Source of the DNA: the human T2T-CHM13v2.0 reference genome, Homo sapiens
NCBI RefSeq assembly: GCF_009914755.1
Contig: NC_060927.1
Direction: 5' to 3' (one strand)
Length of the DNA: 64,000 bases
Within the stretch, counting starts at the first letter, position 1; each line of letters opens with the position of its first letter. Below, piece by piece: positions 27,669 to 42,235 of this stretch. The position numbers and the translations under genes were made by a program. Below the pieces are notes generated by a model. It searched no databases, was not told where the DNA came from, and worked only from the letters and a program-made list of their open reading frames with translations.

Positions 27669-28331
27669 TTTACAAAGACCATTCACAACAATTGAGTCAG
27701 GTCTCCAAGTATCATCATCTAAGCAGGTAAGATGGGCACTCAACAGGCCACCCATCCTAGATGGAACCCAGTCTTCTTATAGTTCTCTGTCCCTTCATCC
27801 ATCAGAGCTGGGCCTTGCCGTCTTGGGTTCATCTCTCCCAGGGCTATTAGAGGTATGGGCTAATCTCTTATTAACGTCATTCCCTCTTAGAGTCAGTCAG
27901 AGAAGCTATGGCTCAGTCATTATAGACTCAACTGCTTTATCATGTTTTAGGAGACCAAGTTTAGTAATAAATATAAGTTAAAGCATGTTTATTTTCTGGT
28001 TGGGCTGATCAGTACAAAATTATTTCTAACTCATCATATATTATAAGCCAGAACATCAACAACATCTAAATATAAGCATGGTTGTATAACTCACATTTTA
28101 CTCTCCCTGAGGGCAAGCTAATCATAGCAAAATCCTTTCAGAAATATCCCATATGCAGGCTGATGCCTGCTCTTTTTCTCCTCTCCTAAGTTAAAATAAT
28201 TGCAAACAGAACTTTTAAAAAATATCTGACTCAGTTGGCAAAATGAAGCTAGCAGTAAATTAAAAACTATTAATATCAGGCTAGCAGTTATCCTGCCTTA
28301 TGGTTTTGAGGTACTGTCTTTTTAAGGTGGG

Positions 28332-28822
28332 TGTCTCAGTCCATTCAGGCTGCTATAACAAAGTATCATAAACTAGGTGGCTTATAAACGACAGAAATTT
28401 ATTTCTCACAGTTCTGGAGGCTGGGAAGTCCAAGATCAAGGCACCAGCAGATTCAATGACTGGTGAGGGTCAGTTTTTGGTTCATAGACCGAACCTTCTC
28501 ACTCTGTCTTCACATGGTGGGAAGGGTGTCTTAGTCCATTCAGGCTGCTATAACGAAATGTCATAAACTGGTTGTCTTATAAGCAACAGAAATTTATTTC
28601 TCACAGTTCTGGAGGCTGGGAAGTCCAAGCTCAAGGCGACAGCAGATTGAGTAAATGGTGACAGTCAACATTTTGGTTCATAGACTGAGCCTTCTCACTG
28701 TGTCTTCGCATGGTGGGAAGGGTGAGGAGTCTCTGTCAGGCCTCTCGTGTAAGAGCACTAATCCCATTCAGGAGAGGTTAGAATTTCAACACATGAATTG
28801 ATGAGGAACAAATATTCAGACC
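28332..28822 (-). mobile_element. MaLR LTR (MLT1A-like) with internal tandem duplication
   Basis: tgtctcagtccattcaggctgctataacaaa...ttctcacagttctggaggctgggaagtccaag occurs twice; ends aatattcagacc. Confidence 0.9.
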
Positions 28823-29159
28823 TTAAGCAGCTGGATAGGGAGAAAAGGAAAAAAGATTTAGGGCAACTTCACAAGGTATCAGCTTACATATTTACTACAG
28901 TGATGAGTTGTTTTCTGCTTTGCAGAGGAGTGTTCTTTATCAGTTTTGTGGGGAAATAAAAATGATGTTGCTGGTCTTGAAGTTTGTTGGTTTGGTCATT
29001 GGTTTCCAAGCATAAATGCAAATGTATGTGTAGTATAAGCATGTGCGTAGGGATAAAATGGGCTGTGCCCCAGACCTGGGGCCTTTATGAGATGCTTGTA
29101 TGAAGGACACCTGTTTTTTCTAGAAGAGAGAGAGGATACTTTCTTATTAAGGGTAGTAC

Positions 29160-29340
29160 AGTGTAGTTGAAGAGTCAGAGAACTCAAAGCAAACAGACCT
29201 AGGGCACCTTCTGACTGTATGCATTTGAGCAAGTTTTTTCATTCCTGCAAGCCTAGCTTTTTCAACAGTGAAATAGGAATAACAATTCCCACCCTGTCTG
29301 TTGTGAGGATTAGAGATAATAAAGGCACTCATTAAACAGT
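29160..29340 (+). mobile_element. MIR
   Basis: gtgtagttgaagag...ttgtgaggattagagataat. Confidence 0.65.
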
Positions 29341-29488
29341 GGTGTCACCTCAGGCTCCCACCCCGTCTCAGACTCTGCGCCAGACACTTACCCACGCTTC
29401 ATCTCAATGTTACATAAATTTCACCTTTTGCCTCCTTCATATACCAACTGTACTATTATTTACTTAATAACTTTTAAAGTCAGCTCAC

Positions 29489-29780
<292 letters not shown>

Positions 29781-30979
29781 TCAGCTCAGTTTTTAATTTA
29801 AGCCTCATCCTGAGCATTAAAAGCTGTGAAATTGCCAGTTTGATATTTTTTTTCTAATACGCCTTAAAATTGATGCATAATCCTTAAAACAACAGCTTCT
29901 TTGTGAGATACCGAAAACATCATCACTGTGCTTACCAATGTTTCTATGCATACCACACTTTGGGGTGCTCTAGATTCCCCAGAGACATCCTGGAAAGAGG
30001 AGCACTACCCCCTTCTTAGAGACACTGAAATGGGTTTCCCCATCAATATCACACATCCAGCCGAAACCTTTGAGAGTGCAGTTTGGCATCCCTCCAGGAC
30101 ATTTTCCTTTTAAGCAGTATCTCTCAGATTCTGAATCCTCTTGTTACCTGTAACCAAGAGGAGCAAAACATCGTCAAAAGTGGTTCCTTGGAAAACAGGC
30201 AGCTTCTGCAAAGTTGTTTTCCTTTTGAAAAGATTCAGTTTCCTCTTAGACCCTTGTAAATCAAACTCAAACTGCCAACGTGAGGAGAAACCATAAACAG
30301 CTGTGCCTGGGGCTAGGTGGACAGTCCCAGCTGCTGGCCTTGAAAGCCAACTGTGCTTCCAGCTGGCACCACATTGAGGCATATCTGCCATGTGGTTCCT
30401 CAATCCCCCACCACTGGAAGTTCCCTCCACTTCAGCGTACAGAGTGGGAATGACCTGGTGTGGCTGTGCTGAAGCTCGAGGGTCTACGTGTATTCAGCAG
30501 AACCAAGTGACTCTCATGACAGTATTGGATGAAATGAGCTATCTGGATAATCTCTTCCTGGTGTCCTGCTTCTTGCCCTTTTGAAAGCCTCAATTCAGGT
30601 GCGTTATCCAGGACTCTCTGGGTTGCCAGGGACATAAACCACCTCAAGGAGCTCCTCATAGGGATACAAAGCCGTCCCAAAGAAATCAAGGCAGAGCTGC
30701 AGATGAGCTTCAGGAAGGGCTGGAACCAGGGGCTGAAATGTGCAGACCACCCCCCATCCCATGCTTGTCCCCACCCCAAACACGCTGTCTCTCTTCCAGT
30801 TACTTCCTGTGTGTCTGATTCATTCTGTTCTTAGCAGACTGTCTGTCACTGTTTCCAGCATCCTGTGGCAGAAAGCAGCCAGCAACAGCTTTCGAGTTTT
30901 ATGCCCCCCAGGAAGAGACTAAAATGCTTTCTGTCTCAAGCCTAGCTCCACCCTCCCAGGGAAGGGACTCCGCACTCTG

Positions 30980-31545
30980 GCCCCGCCAAGTCCATTCTCT
31001 TTCCTGCAGCCAGAGTGATCTCTTCAAAATGTAAATCTGGCTGTATTCCCTCCTCCCTCTTAAAGCTCCTCGGTGCCCCTGGTGTTCTTAGGCTGGAGGC
31101 AGAACTCTCCACACGATCTTGCATGATCCAGCCTCTGCCTAAGTCTCCAGCCTCATCCCTCCCTGGCCCTGCGCAGCAGCCTCACTGCAGTTGCCCGGCT
31201 CCTCAGCCGGGGCTTTGCTTGTGCCATTCCTTCATCCTGGAGCACCCTTTCCTCCCTCTTCAGCCTCCCTAAGCAGGTCACATCCCCATCTTACAGACAT
31301 TCCTCACATTTGCCACAAACACACTGTTACATTTGTCCGTGTGATTCCTTGATTTTTTTTTTCTTTTGAGACAGCTTTGCTCTTGTAGCCCAGGCTGGAG
31401 TGCAGTGGCGTGATCTTGGCTCACTGCAACCTCTGCCTCCCAGGTTCAAGCAATTCTCCTTGATTTTTACTCATCTACTCCTCTTCAACTGCTCACTCCA
31501 TTATGATAGGGACATGCCTGTTTACTCACCTAGCACATGGGAGTT
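30980..31545 (+). mobile_element. L2 fragment interrupted by a truncated Alu
   Basis: cagccagagtgatctcttcaaaatgtaaatctg... Confidence 0.7.
31353..31459 (-). mobile_element. 5'-truncated AluS fragment
   Basis: Right-arm end only; TSD-like tccttgattttt on both sides. Confidence 0.88.
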
Positions 31546-31699
31546 GCCCTATACTGATGGTGAAACTTAATGCTTGCGCCCTTTGTTGAGTCATCTCTCA
31601 GAGCCCTTCAGCCCATATAAAATATTTGAGAAGCTGCCCTTTTGGAAACTGTGTATGATGCTGTCACAGGGTATTATATCCCCAGTCATATGTAGCTGT

Positions 31700-32188
<489 letters not shown>

Positions 32189-33535
32189 GAGACCCTTTTT
32201 TATGTTCCTATAACTTCCCTTGATTTCTTTCGATTTATAATTGCTTCTTTGTGTTTGACTTCTCTCCTGGGCTGTGAGCTTCCTGAGGGCTGGCACCCTG
32301 GATGTTTTGCCCAACTTTATAACTTCAGTGCCTGGTACAGGGCCTGGCATCTATAGGCAAAGATATTTCTTCCCCTAAAATTATCCCCCAGAAAAGGGGC
32401 CATACGGAGCCTTTTATATTGTAGGATGCTCTATAAATTACTTTGTTTTGAACAAAAGGTACTGTCTGGGAAAGGCACATTAATCTGAAAATGACCTCAG
32501 TGCCAATTTGGATGTTTATAGTGGCCACTCAATGAATTCAATAAAAAGTAGATAAAGTAATGCAATCCAATTTAGTAATCATTTCTGGAAAGTATGACTT
32601 CACAATTGTAATCACTGGTCATCGCTGTAAACATGCCTTTTAAAGACCATCTTTTAAAAGTATTACAGTAAATGATTACATTCTGGGGTCAGGACATACA
32701 TCCATAAAACTAATTGAAGGAAAAAAACAGCTCATTGCAGGCTCCTCTGCTGTCTACACTGTTTGTAACCCTCCAGCATTAACTCTTGGGAACTGAGGAA
32801 AGACCACATTTGGCAGGTCTGTGATTGGGAATTCCTGCTCTGCCTTTTATTAGCTGGTAATTGGAGGTGTGTCTCTCAACTCCAATCTCATTCCCTGCCT
32901 GGGAAATGCGGAGGCTGCGCTCGACTCTGCTTGTTGTTCGGCATCATTTATTCTACTGTTTAGCTGAAGCCTCAGTTGCCTGGTTCTCCCTGGGCCCTCA
33001 TTACTCCCCAGTACCCTCAGTCATCTACCTCCTTTCACTAGCTTTAGCATGGGGGTAGTGGAAGCTTCAGGCTCCGCATCTGCAAGGCTGTGAGGTTCTA
33101 ACAGCTGCAGTTTGCTGTTTGCATCCTCATGTGTCCTGTCCTGGGACATCCCCTACCTTGCCCGCCGAGGAGTTCAGGCCCACGGTGCCTGCTCATTCCC
33201 CTGAGTGTCTGCCCTTCCCCACAAAGTCACATCCAAACCAGCTTCCATCCCCCATCCCCCCACATTCCAATTCCCGACGCTCTTAACATTCTCTCCCTCT
33301 GATCTGTATCATTTCCATTTTTCCTGCTGCCAGGATTTTATTTAACGAAGGGACAAGATGACAGTAGCAAATGAATGACTGAGAGACCCAGCTCTTATTA
33401 TTATAATAATCGCTGCTGTTCATTGAATGTCTGTTTTTGCCTGGTTTCTGGATTAGAGGTGCAGGTAAATGGTAGTGCCATTCTCTGAGATGGAAAAAGG
33501 AGAGTGAGGACTTCCTGTCAAAATGCCTGACAGAG

Positions 33536-33697
33536 ACTGGGCACGGTAGTTCACTCCCATAATCCCAGTGCTTTGGGAGACCAAGGCAGGAGGATCGCTT
33601 GAGCCCAGGAGTTCGAGGTTACAGTGAGCTATGATTGCATCACTGCACTCCAGCCTGAGTGACAGAGTGAGACCCTATCTGAAAAAAAAAAAAAAAA
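33536..33697 (+). mobile_element. FLAM/FRAM-type Alu monomer
   Basis: Single monomer with poly-A. Confidence 0.88.
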
Positions 33698-33832
33698 TGG
33701 GCGGACTGTTTGAGCTGATAATCTTCATAATAACCATAAGAAGATAATTACAATAGTTAAGAATGTACACTGTGGTGAAAACTTCATAGATGTGAACTTT
33801 TTTGAACCCCACACCACCCTGTGTATTGTAAA

Positions 33833-33873
33833 CTCTCTCTCTCTTTATACACACACACACACACACACACACA
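33833..33873. repeat. (CT)n/(CA)n microsatellite
   Basis: ctctctctctct ttata cacacacacacacacacacacacaca. Confidence 0.9.
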
Positions 33874-34147
33874 TTTTTTTTTTTTTGAGACAGAGTCTCA
33901 CTCCATCAGTCAGGCTGGAGTGCAGTGACACTATCTCAGTTCATTGCAGCCTCTGCCCCCCAGGTTCAAGCAACTCTCATACCTCATCCTCCCAAGTTGC
34001 TAGAATTACAGGTGCATTCCACCACATGTGGCTAATTTTTATATTTTTAGCAGAGGGTTTCACCGTGTTGGCCAGGCTGGTCTTGAACTCCTGGAGGCTG
34101 GTCTTGAACTCCTGGACTCAGCCTCCCAAAGTGCTGGGATTACAAGC
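33874..34147 (-). mobile_element. Diverged Alu (J/S), with 21-bp internal duplication
   Basis: aggctggtcttgaactcctgg repeated twice. Confidence 0.9.
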
Positions 34148-34309
34148 TTGTAATCTCTATATTATAGGTGAAATAGTTCAGGGATAGAGAGGTTAAGCAG
34201 CTTGCCTGTGGTTGTATTTTCCATTAGTGGTGACCCCAGGATTTGAGCAACTCTCCTTAGAGTCTAGTGCTTACTTATGAAGCACACTGCCAGTCCCGGG
34301 AGCTGCCTT

Positions 34310-34660
34310 ATTTGCCCTCACCTCAGGGCCTTTTCGCATGCTGTTCCCTCTGCCTGCAGTGTCCCACTATCTCCTTGCCTGGCTAATGCCCATTCTCCCC
34401 TCAGGCCCTGATTTTGACAATGCCTCCTCCAGGAAGCCTTTCCTGCACACATCCTTCCTGTCCTGGGCAGTGAGCTGCCTCCCCAGTGCTCTCACAGTCC
34501 CCACTTCCCTGCTGCAACACCTGTCCTGCATGTTGTAATTGCCTGCCTGCCTATCTGTTCCCCTCCTAGGCAGAGGACTGTGCCTCTCTGGCCCCTCCTA
34601 GTCCTCCCAGCACCTGGCCCAGAGCCCAGCACACATTAGGGACCCAGGCATATTTGTCGC
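34310..34660 (+). mobile_element. L2 3' region
   Basis: cctcagggccttttcgcatgctgttccctctgcctg...gcctcctccaggaagcctttcctg...cccagcacctggcccagagcccagcacac. Confidence 0.8.
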
Positions 34661-34999
34661 CTGCTGTTGATGGATCTAAGAGCATGCTTGGCTGAAGAGA
34701 TGTACAGTTGACCACGTTGCTGGCTCCATTTCAGGTGCTCCCCAGATGAGGAACCTGAGAAATGGTCATTTGGGTTGGTTCATATGATAGTCACAGTTGG
34801 CAGCCATTCCCCTGCCTCCTGGTTAATAGAAGCTTCATCTTGTTCAGGTAACTACGCTTCAGAGAAGGTGACCCCATTCTCAGCTCAGCCCATCATGGGA
34901 AACCTAATCCTGTTGCTGGTGATTTGTTCAGTAGTGGACATGACACATGTGGGAGGTTGGTGAGGCTGGGGTCCAGGTGCCTCTAGAAAAATTCTCCTT

Positions 35000-35312
35000 G
35001 ATCTTAAGAAAGAGATGCAGAGAGAAAGATCCTTGGATATTGTTGTGTCTGGGTGTGACCTCCGGGGCTGTGGCAGCCATCTTGCAACCAGGAGGCAATC
35101 TGGTTTGAGGACACGACTGACAGATGCAGAGAATGGCAGAACCAAAGATGGAAAGGATAGGAGTCCCTGATGATGTCTTTAAGGTGTGAAACTAACCAGC
35201 CCTGGAGCTGCCCTAACTTGGGACTTCTCATTAGAGGGAGTATACATTTCCTTATTACATAAGCCAAGTGAGTTGGGGTTTTCTGTTACTCACAGCCTAG
35301 ATCATCCTAATG
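35000..35312 (+). mobile_element. Old MaLR LTR (MLT1J/K/L-like)
   Basis: gcagccatcttgcaacca...taagccaagtgagttggggttttctgttactcacagc...tcctaatgac. Confidence 0.78.
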
Positions 35313-37066
35313 ACTACTCTATGCCATAGAGAGACCATATGGTCTGTGACTGTTTGGAGAATACAGCAGGGACATGGGCTCAGCTCTGCCGTTGAAGAGC
35401 CTGGGACATCCTTTGTGCACAGCTTGGATGCCACTTCTCCACAAAGCTTCCTAGAGGCCAGGCCAGGAAATCATTCCTCCCTCCTCTGTCTAGCTTCTCC
35501 ATGATCCAGGCATTCATCTCTTCCTGCAGCTTGTGAGCTCTCCAAGAGCAGGAACTATGTGCTGTTCATTTCTGCATCCCCACACTTATACCTCGCACAG
35601 AGTAGAAACTTGAAAACTGATTAGGGAATACATGGAAGGGTGAGGAAATTAATATTAATATATGACCATTACCTAACCCTTACGCAGAAAGTCATTTCCC
35701 CTGATCATTCCATTTGGCTTACAAATGAGTAAGGCATTTCCCTGCTCTGGGGCTCAGCTCCTTCATCTGGGAAATGGGAAGGCTGGACTAGATCACCAGC
35801 TCAAAAAAACTCCATGACTTAATATCATTTTATAGTAATGGCCTACTATGTGCAGAGCTGTGAAATAGAGGAAAAGATTAGACATATCCCCTTCCATTAA
35901 GATGCTGAGGGTCTAGAGTAGAATTCTTTGTTTTTTAAGGGGGAATAGATCCCTTTGAGGGCCTCTCCTCAGAAAGATGCCCCTGCCCTCAAAATGCTGT
36001 GTGCAGTTTTCGGGGATCTATCAGTGGATTCGCTAGAGAAAGGTATCCAGAGGCCCGCTGCTGCTTACTGGCCCTGTCCAAACTGGAGCTCAAACAGAGG
36101 AAACATGCCATCTTTCTCAGAGGATCCCCTCAGTCTAGAAGGGGAAGCAGAGTGCACATAAACCAATTGCCCTACGGCCAGAGAGGGGCTGACAGAGGCA
36201 AGCCTCTGATGTGCAGGAGAAGGATTTGACTTGCCCTGCTTGTATGGAAGTTTGCCAGGTGCTCAGATGGAGGAAGCCCTTTCATAGGCAAAGGGGACAG
36301 CATGTGCACAAGCTCCAAAGTCTGAAAGGGCACGGGGTATTATGGGATGGTGAGTAATGGTGCAACCAGAGCAAAGCAGAGAGACTAGACTTGGGGGACG
36401 GTAGAGGGCAGTGGGAGGGGCAGAGAAAGACATGAGGGAGAGGAGCTAAGAGGAAGTCACTGTGTCCTGGATGCTTTGGGGTGTGTGCCTAACAGTGGGG
36501 ATCAGAGTGAGGGAAACCTCTGCAGAGGTTCATAAGGACCTGAGGTTAAACATGGGGTTCCAAGAAACAGGCTGAAAAAACAGCATATCCTTAGACTAGT
36601 CGGAGAAGGGCTGTCTGAAAATTCCAGGTGTCACCAGGGCTGTTGCCACACCCTCAAGGGGGACATGCCCAGGAAGAAAGCTAGCCTGTCTGGGCCTTGC
36701 CAAGTGCCTGCTGAGTTGCTCACAGGAAGCATGTCCAGCTGGGAAAAATAAAAGCGGGGACCTTGCCCCTCTCTGTGAAGTCCAGGCTATTGTTAACTTT
36801 TCCGAGAAGTTAAAGGAAATCATTTGTCTGCCGCCCAGGCCTGTGGCAGTGTTGGGCAGTCTCTTGTTTTGCCAAATTGCCTGGGCTGGCTGTCTCCACA
36901 TACTCCCCCCTCACCGGGGCAGGCACCAGGACTGAAGAGCTGGAGGTCTTGGGGTAATTCAGAGGTGGGGAAAATGGATTCTTCCTTAATACATACGGTT
37001 GAGTTTTGCGGTAGATAAAATTATTTCTAATTTCTAATAAAAGGAAAGATTAAAAGGAAACTTTGA

Positions 37067-37429
<363 letters not shown>

Positions 37430-37549
37430 TTAACTAGATGATTTCTAAGACTTCTTCCAGCTTTTAGCATCCTGACCCTATGTGGTATTGACCTCCTGGC
37501 CCCCACCCTCCTCCATCCCCTAGCCAAGATGTTTTGTTTTGTTTTAACG

Positions 37550-38930
37550 AAGACTTTATTTTTCTTCAAGCAGTCTTAGGGTCACAGCAAAATTCTGCTG
37601 AAGATATAGAGATTTACATGTACCCTCTGTCCTCACATATGCACAGTCCCCTGCACTGTCAACATCCCCACAGAGTGGTGCATTTGTTACCACGGATGAG
37701 CCTACATGACACATCATTGTCACCCAGAGCCACAGTTTCCATGAGGGCTCCCTCTTGATGTTGCACTTTCTGTGGGTTTGGACAAATGGATAATATGTAT
37801 CCATCATTCTAATACCGTGCATTTTTTACTCTCCTAAAAATCATCTGTGATCTGCCTATTCATCCCTTCCCCTGCCCAAATCCTGCTAACCATTGATCTT
37901 TTTACTGTTTCCAAAGTTTTGCCTTTTCCAGGACGTCATACAGTTGGAACCATATAGTACGTAGCGTTTTCAGATGGGCTTCTTTCACTTAATAGTATGC
38001 ATGTCAGTTTCCTCCATCTCTCCCCATGGCTTGATAGCTTATTTATTTTTAACATTGAATAGTATCTCATTATCTGGATGAACCATAGTTTACCCATTCA
38101 CTTACCAAAGGACATCTTACTTGCCTCCAAGCTTTGGCAATTATAAATAAAAATAAAGCTGCTTTAAACACTTGTGCAGATTTTTGTGTAGACACAAGTT
38201 TTCAAGTCTTGGGTAAACACCAAGGAGTATAATTGCTGCATGGTATGGTAAGAGTATATTTAGTTTTGTGAGAAACGGCCAAACTGTCTTCCAAAATGGC
38301 TGTACCATTTTGCCTTCTGGCTTCTCAATTAATTATTTCTTTCAAGGAGCATGCCTTTGGTATTGTATCTAAAAAGTCATTGCCAACCCAAGGTCATCCA
38401 GGTTTTCTCCTGTGTTATCTTCTAGGAGTTTTATAATTTTGGTTTTATGCTTAGGCTTATGGTCCATTTTGAGTTACTTTGTCTGAAGGGTGTAAGGTCT
38501 GTATCTAGATGTACTTTTTTGCATGTGGATGTCCAGTTGTTCCAGCACCATTTGCTGAAAAGAATTTTTCTCCATTGTATTGACTTTGCCCTTTTGTCAA
38601 AAACAACTTGACTGTATTTATGTCGATTTATCTCTGGATTCTGGATTCTGTTCCATTACTCTGTTTATTGTTTCACCAATACCATATTAATTACTGTAGC
38701 TTTATAGTAAGTCTTAAAGTTGGGTAGTGTCAGTCTGCCAACTTTGCTCTTCTCCCTCAATATTGTGTTGGTTATTCTGGGTCTTTTGCTCTCCATATAA
38801 ACTTCATAATCAGTTTGCTTATATCCACAAAATAACTTGCTGGAATTTTGATTGGGGTTGCATTAAATCTATAAATCAAGTTGGTAAAAACTGACATCTA
38901 GACAATATTGGGGGTTCCTATCCATGAACA
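37550..38930 (-). mobile_element. L1MC/MD-type element (3' UTR plus degenerate ORF2 remnant)
   Basis: agactttattttt...cacagcaaaatt..., atgtccagttgttccagcaccatttgctgaaaag, ggaattttgattggggttgcattaaatctata. Confidence 0.88.
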
Positions 38931-39119
38931 TGCTGTCCTTTAAGCTACCTATATGCCTGCTTCTAACTTTTCCTTAATTGAAAGGAATGGGAGAATAGGT
39001 ATCTCATTCGTCAAACACCTACTGTGTGCCAAAAATCATTTAATGATTTCACAGCACCATAAGGATGAGATTATGGCTCCCACTTGACATTCGCTGAGGC
39101 TCAGTGGGATGTTCATATC

Positions 39120-39560
39120 CATCCATTAAACAGACATGAATGGGACCTACTATGTGATAAGCCCTGAACCAGGAGCTGGAGATGCAACAGAGAACACAAT
39201 AGAAGTGTTCTCTGCACTCATGGAGCTTACTGTCTGTGGGAGAGAGAGGGACACATATTAAATAATCCCATAGATAAATGATGTTAGGAGAGTTTATTCT
39301 GGGGCTAGGGAAGGCTTCCTGGAGACAGTGCTGTTTGAGCTGAGATTGGAAGGATGAGTAGGTACTAACCAGGGGTCAGGTGTTCCAAGCAGAGGGAATA
39401 GCACTTGAAAAGCTCACAAGACAGGAAGGAGCTTAGAGCCTTCCCAGGACTCAGAAGTGTGTATGGCCAGAGCATGGAAGGGAGGATGAAATAAGCTGAC
39501 GCTCACTGAATCACCGAAGGGGAAGGCCGGGATCAGCTCTGCACAACCTTGTAGGCCTCA
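39120..39560 (-). mobile_element. L2 fragment
   Basis: ctcatggagcttactgtct..., gggaaggcttcctggagacagtgctgtttgagctgaga...aaggatgagtagg. Confidence 0.75.
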
Positions 39561-39589
39561 AAAAGGGAGGGCATGGAGAAAGAGAACAA

Positions 39590-39780
39590 ACTACGTGTTA
39601 GGTGCTTTACCAGGTGCTAACACACACGCGATCACCTTTGATCCCTGCAGCTACCCCATAGTAAATGTTATCACCATCTCCAATTTACAAATGAGAAAAC
39701 AGAGGCTCAGAAAGGGTCAGTCCTCCACTGGTCAGAGGCAGAGGCAGGCTTCCCAAAGCTTGATTCCAAATCCCATGGTC
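39590..39780 (-). mobile_element. MIR
   Basis: tttacaaatgagaaaacagaggctcagaaagg. Confidence 0.7.
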
Positions 39781-40319
39781 TCCTCAGTTCAGGAGCCTGG
39801 ATGTACCAGGTGCAGTCCCCGCTGGGTAGCGCCTGGCCCCTCCTTTCCCAGATGCGAGGTTTCCTGCAGGGAGAGCCCAACCAGGCTCCCTCCAGCCCCA
39901 CGTTTTTGGCTTCTGGCCTGTCTCTGTGGCATCCTTGCTTGAAATCAGAGAGAGAAACGTGGGGTCTGGTAATTGTATTCCATTAAGCCTAATTAAGATG
40001 CAAATTTGCACAGTTAATGAAGAAGGCAATTTGGAAGCAATTTCGCCAGTGACACAGGACTCTCATCAGCGCGGCTGTTCTTGGTAGGTAGGTCTGAGGA
40101 GATGGGAATGTATGCACTGCCACCCACCAGGCTGCATCTGGCCAGTCTCCAGGGAGAAATTCTTCCTTCTGGAGAAGGACAACCCACCCTAAATAGAACG
40201 CATTGTACGGAAACTGCTTGCATCATGTGATCCCCTGTGTGTAGATCATCCAGCTCTGGACCCCTGGAGTCCCACCTGTAGGCTCTGCCCTGCCCTGGCC
40301 TCTTGATAGGGGCAGGAGG

Positions 40320-40535
40320 GCCTGAAGCAGTTCTCTGGAAACAGACTGCCTGGGTTCAAATCCCAGCTCCACCACTCACTAGCTGTATGTCCTTGGGCAA
40401 GTTTTTTAACTTCTCTGGGCCTCAGTTTACTCCTCTCTGAACTGGGATAACAACATCAACTGAGAAAGGCTGCCATGAGGCTGAAATTGAATTATGCATG
40501 GGAAGTACTCAGCAAGCGCATGGCACATGAATGAT
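40320..40535 (+). mobile_element. MIR
   Basis: cagactgcctgggttcaaatcccagctccaccactcactagctgtatgtccttgggcaagtt. Confidence 0.88.
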
Positions 40536-40615
40536 GTACATTTTCATGAGCTCTCCCAGCACCCCATGTTTCGCATGGGCAAGAGCTCTGTTCCCCAGCC
40601 CCCAGGTTCACAGGT

Positions 40616-41479
<864 letters not shown>

Positions 41480-41509
41480 TGAGTTACTTAACTGACGTCA
41501 TTGTTATTA

Positions 41510-41700
41510 TAGCTAAGATTTGTGGACTGTTCACTGTGCCAGGTGCTTTACCTATAATTATGTAATTTCATCCTTACAGCAATTTATAGATGCAGGGACC
41601 AAGGCGCAGAAAGGAAGAGTGACTTGCCAGGGTCATACAGCTGGCAAGGGGTGCCCCCGGAAGTCAAACCCTCTGTGCCTGACTTCCAAACTCATTGTTA
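41510..41700 (-). mobile_element. MIR
   Basis: ctgtgccaggtgctttac...tttatagatgcagggaccaaggcgcagaaagg...gtgacttgcc. Confidence 0.7.
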
Positions 41701-42235
41701 AGCCTTCTATTCAACCTCTTCTGTAGTTCCCAGGCACCTGTGCCTGGCACGTGGAGCAAAGGAGATGCAGAGACCACCGTCTGCACCCTCGAAGGGCACA
41801 AGGACCTGTGGAAAGGGACAGACAAGGGAAAGTCAATGACGGAATAGGGTGGGAGAGCTGAGGAGGGGGAAGCTGGAGGAGGAGTGTGGGGAGGTCTGAG
41901 GAGGGCTTTTGTCTTATCGGGGCGGAGTCAAGGAAGGAGGGATTACAGAGAAGGGCACACTCGGTCTGAGAGTTGAAGGACGGATGGAAGTCTCTGGAGG
42001 TTTGCAGTGGAATGGGCTTCAGGGAGGGCACAGCAGGTGCAGTGGCATGGAGGTGTGAGATACTGGGGTATATTGAAGTTTGGGGTCTGAGGGTTGATGG
42101 TGGGCAGGGGGCAGCAGTGGGAGGGGAAGGCGGGAAAGGTAGACAGAAGCCAGGTCATGCTCAGCCCTGAAGGCCAGGCTCAGGCAGAACTTACTAGAGG
42201 TTCAGAGTGATGGGTCCTAGAAAGAGGCTGACCTG

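Noticed and set aside
30149-30725. Possible minus-strand exon (acceptor-like ttccag near 30720, donor-like cag|gtaaca near 30149)
   Set aside because: No frame stays open between the two sites and the peptide is unrecognisable; such signals are frequent by chance.
38340-38930. L1 ORF2-derived sequence as a coding region
   Set aside because: Degenerate remnant with no open frame in the ORF track.
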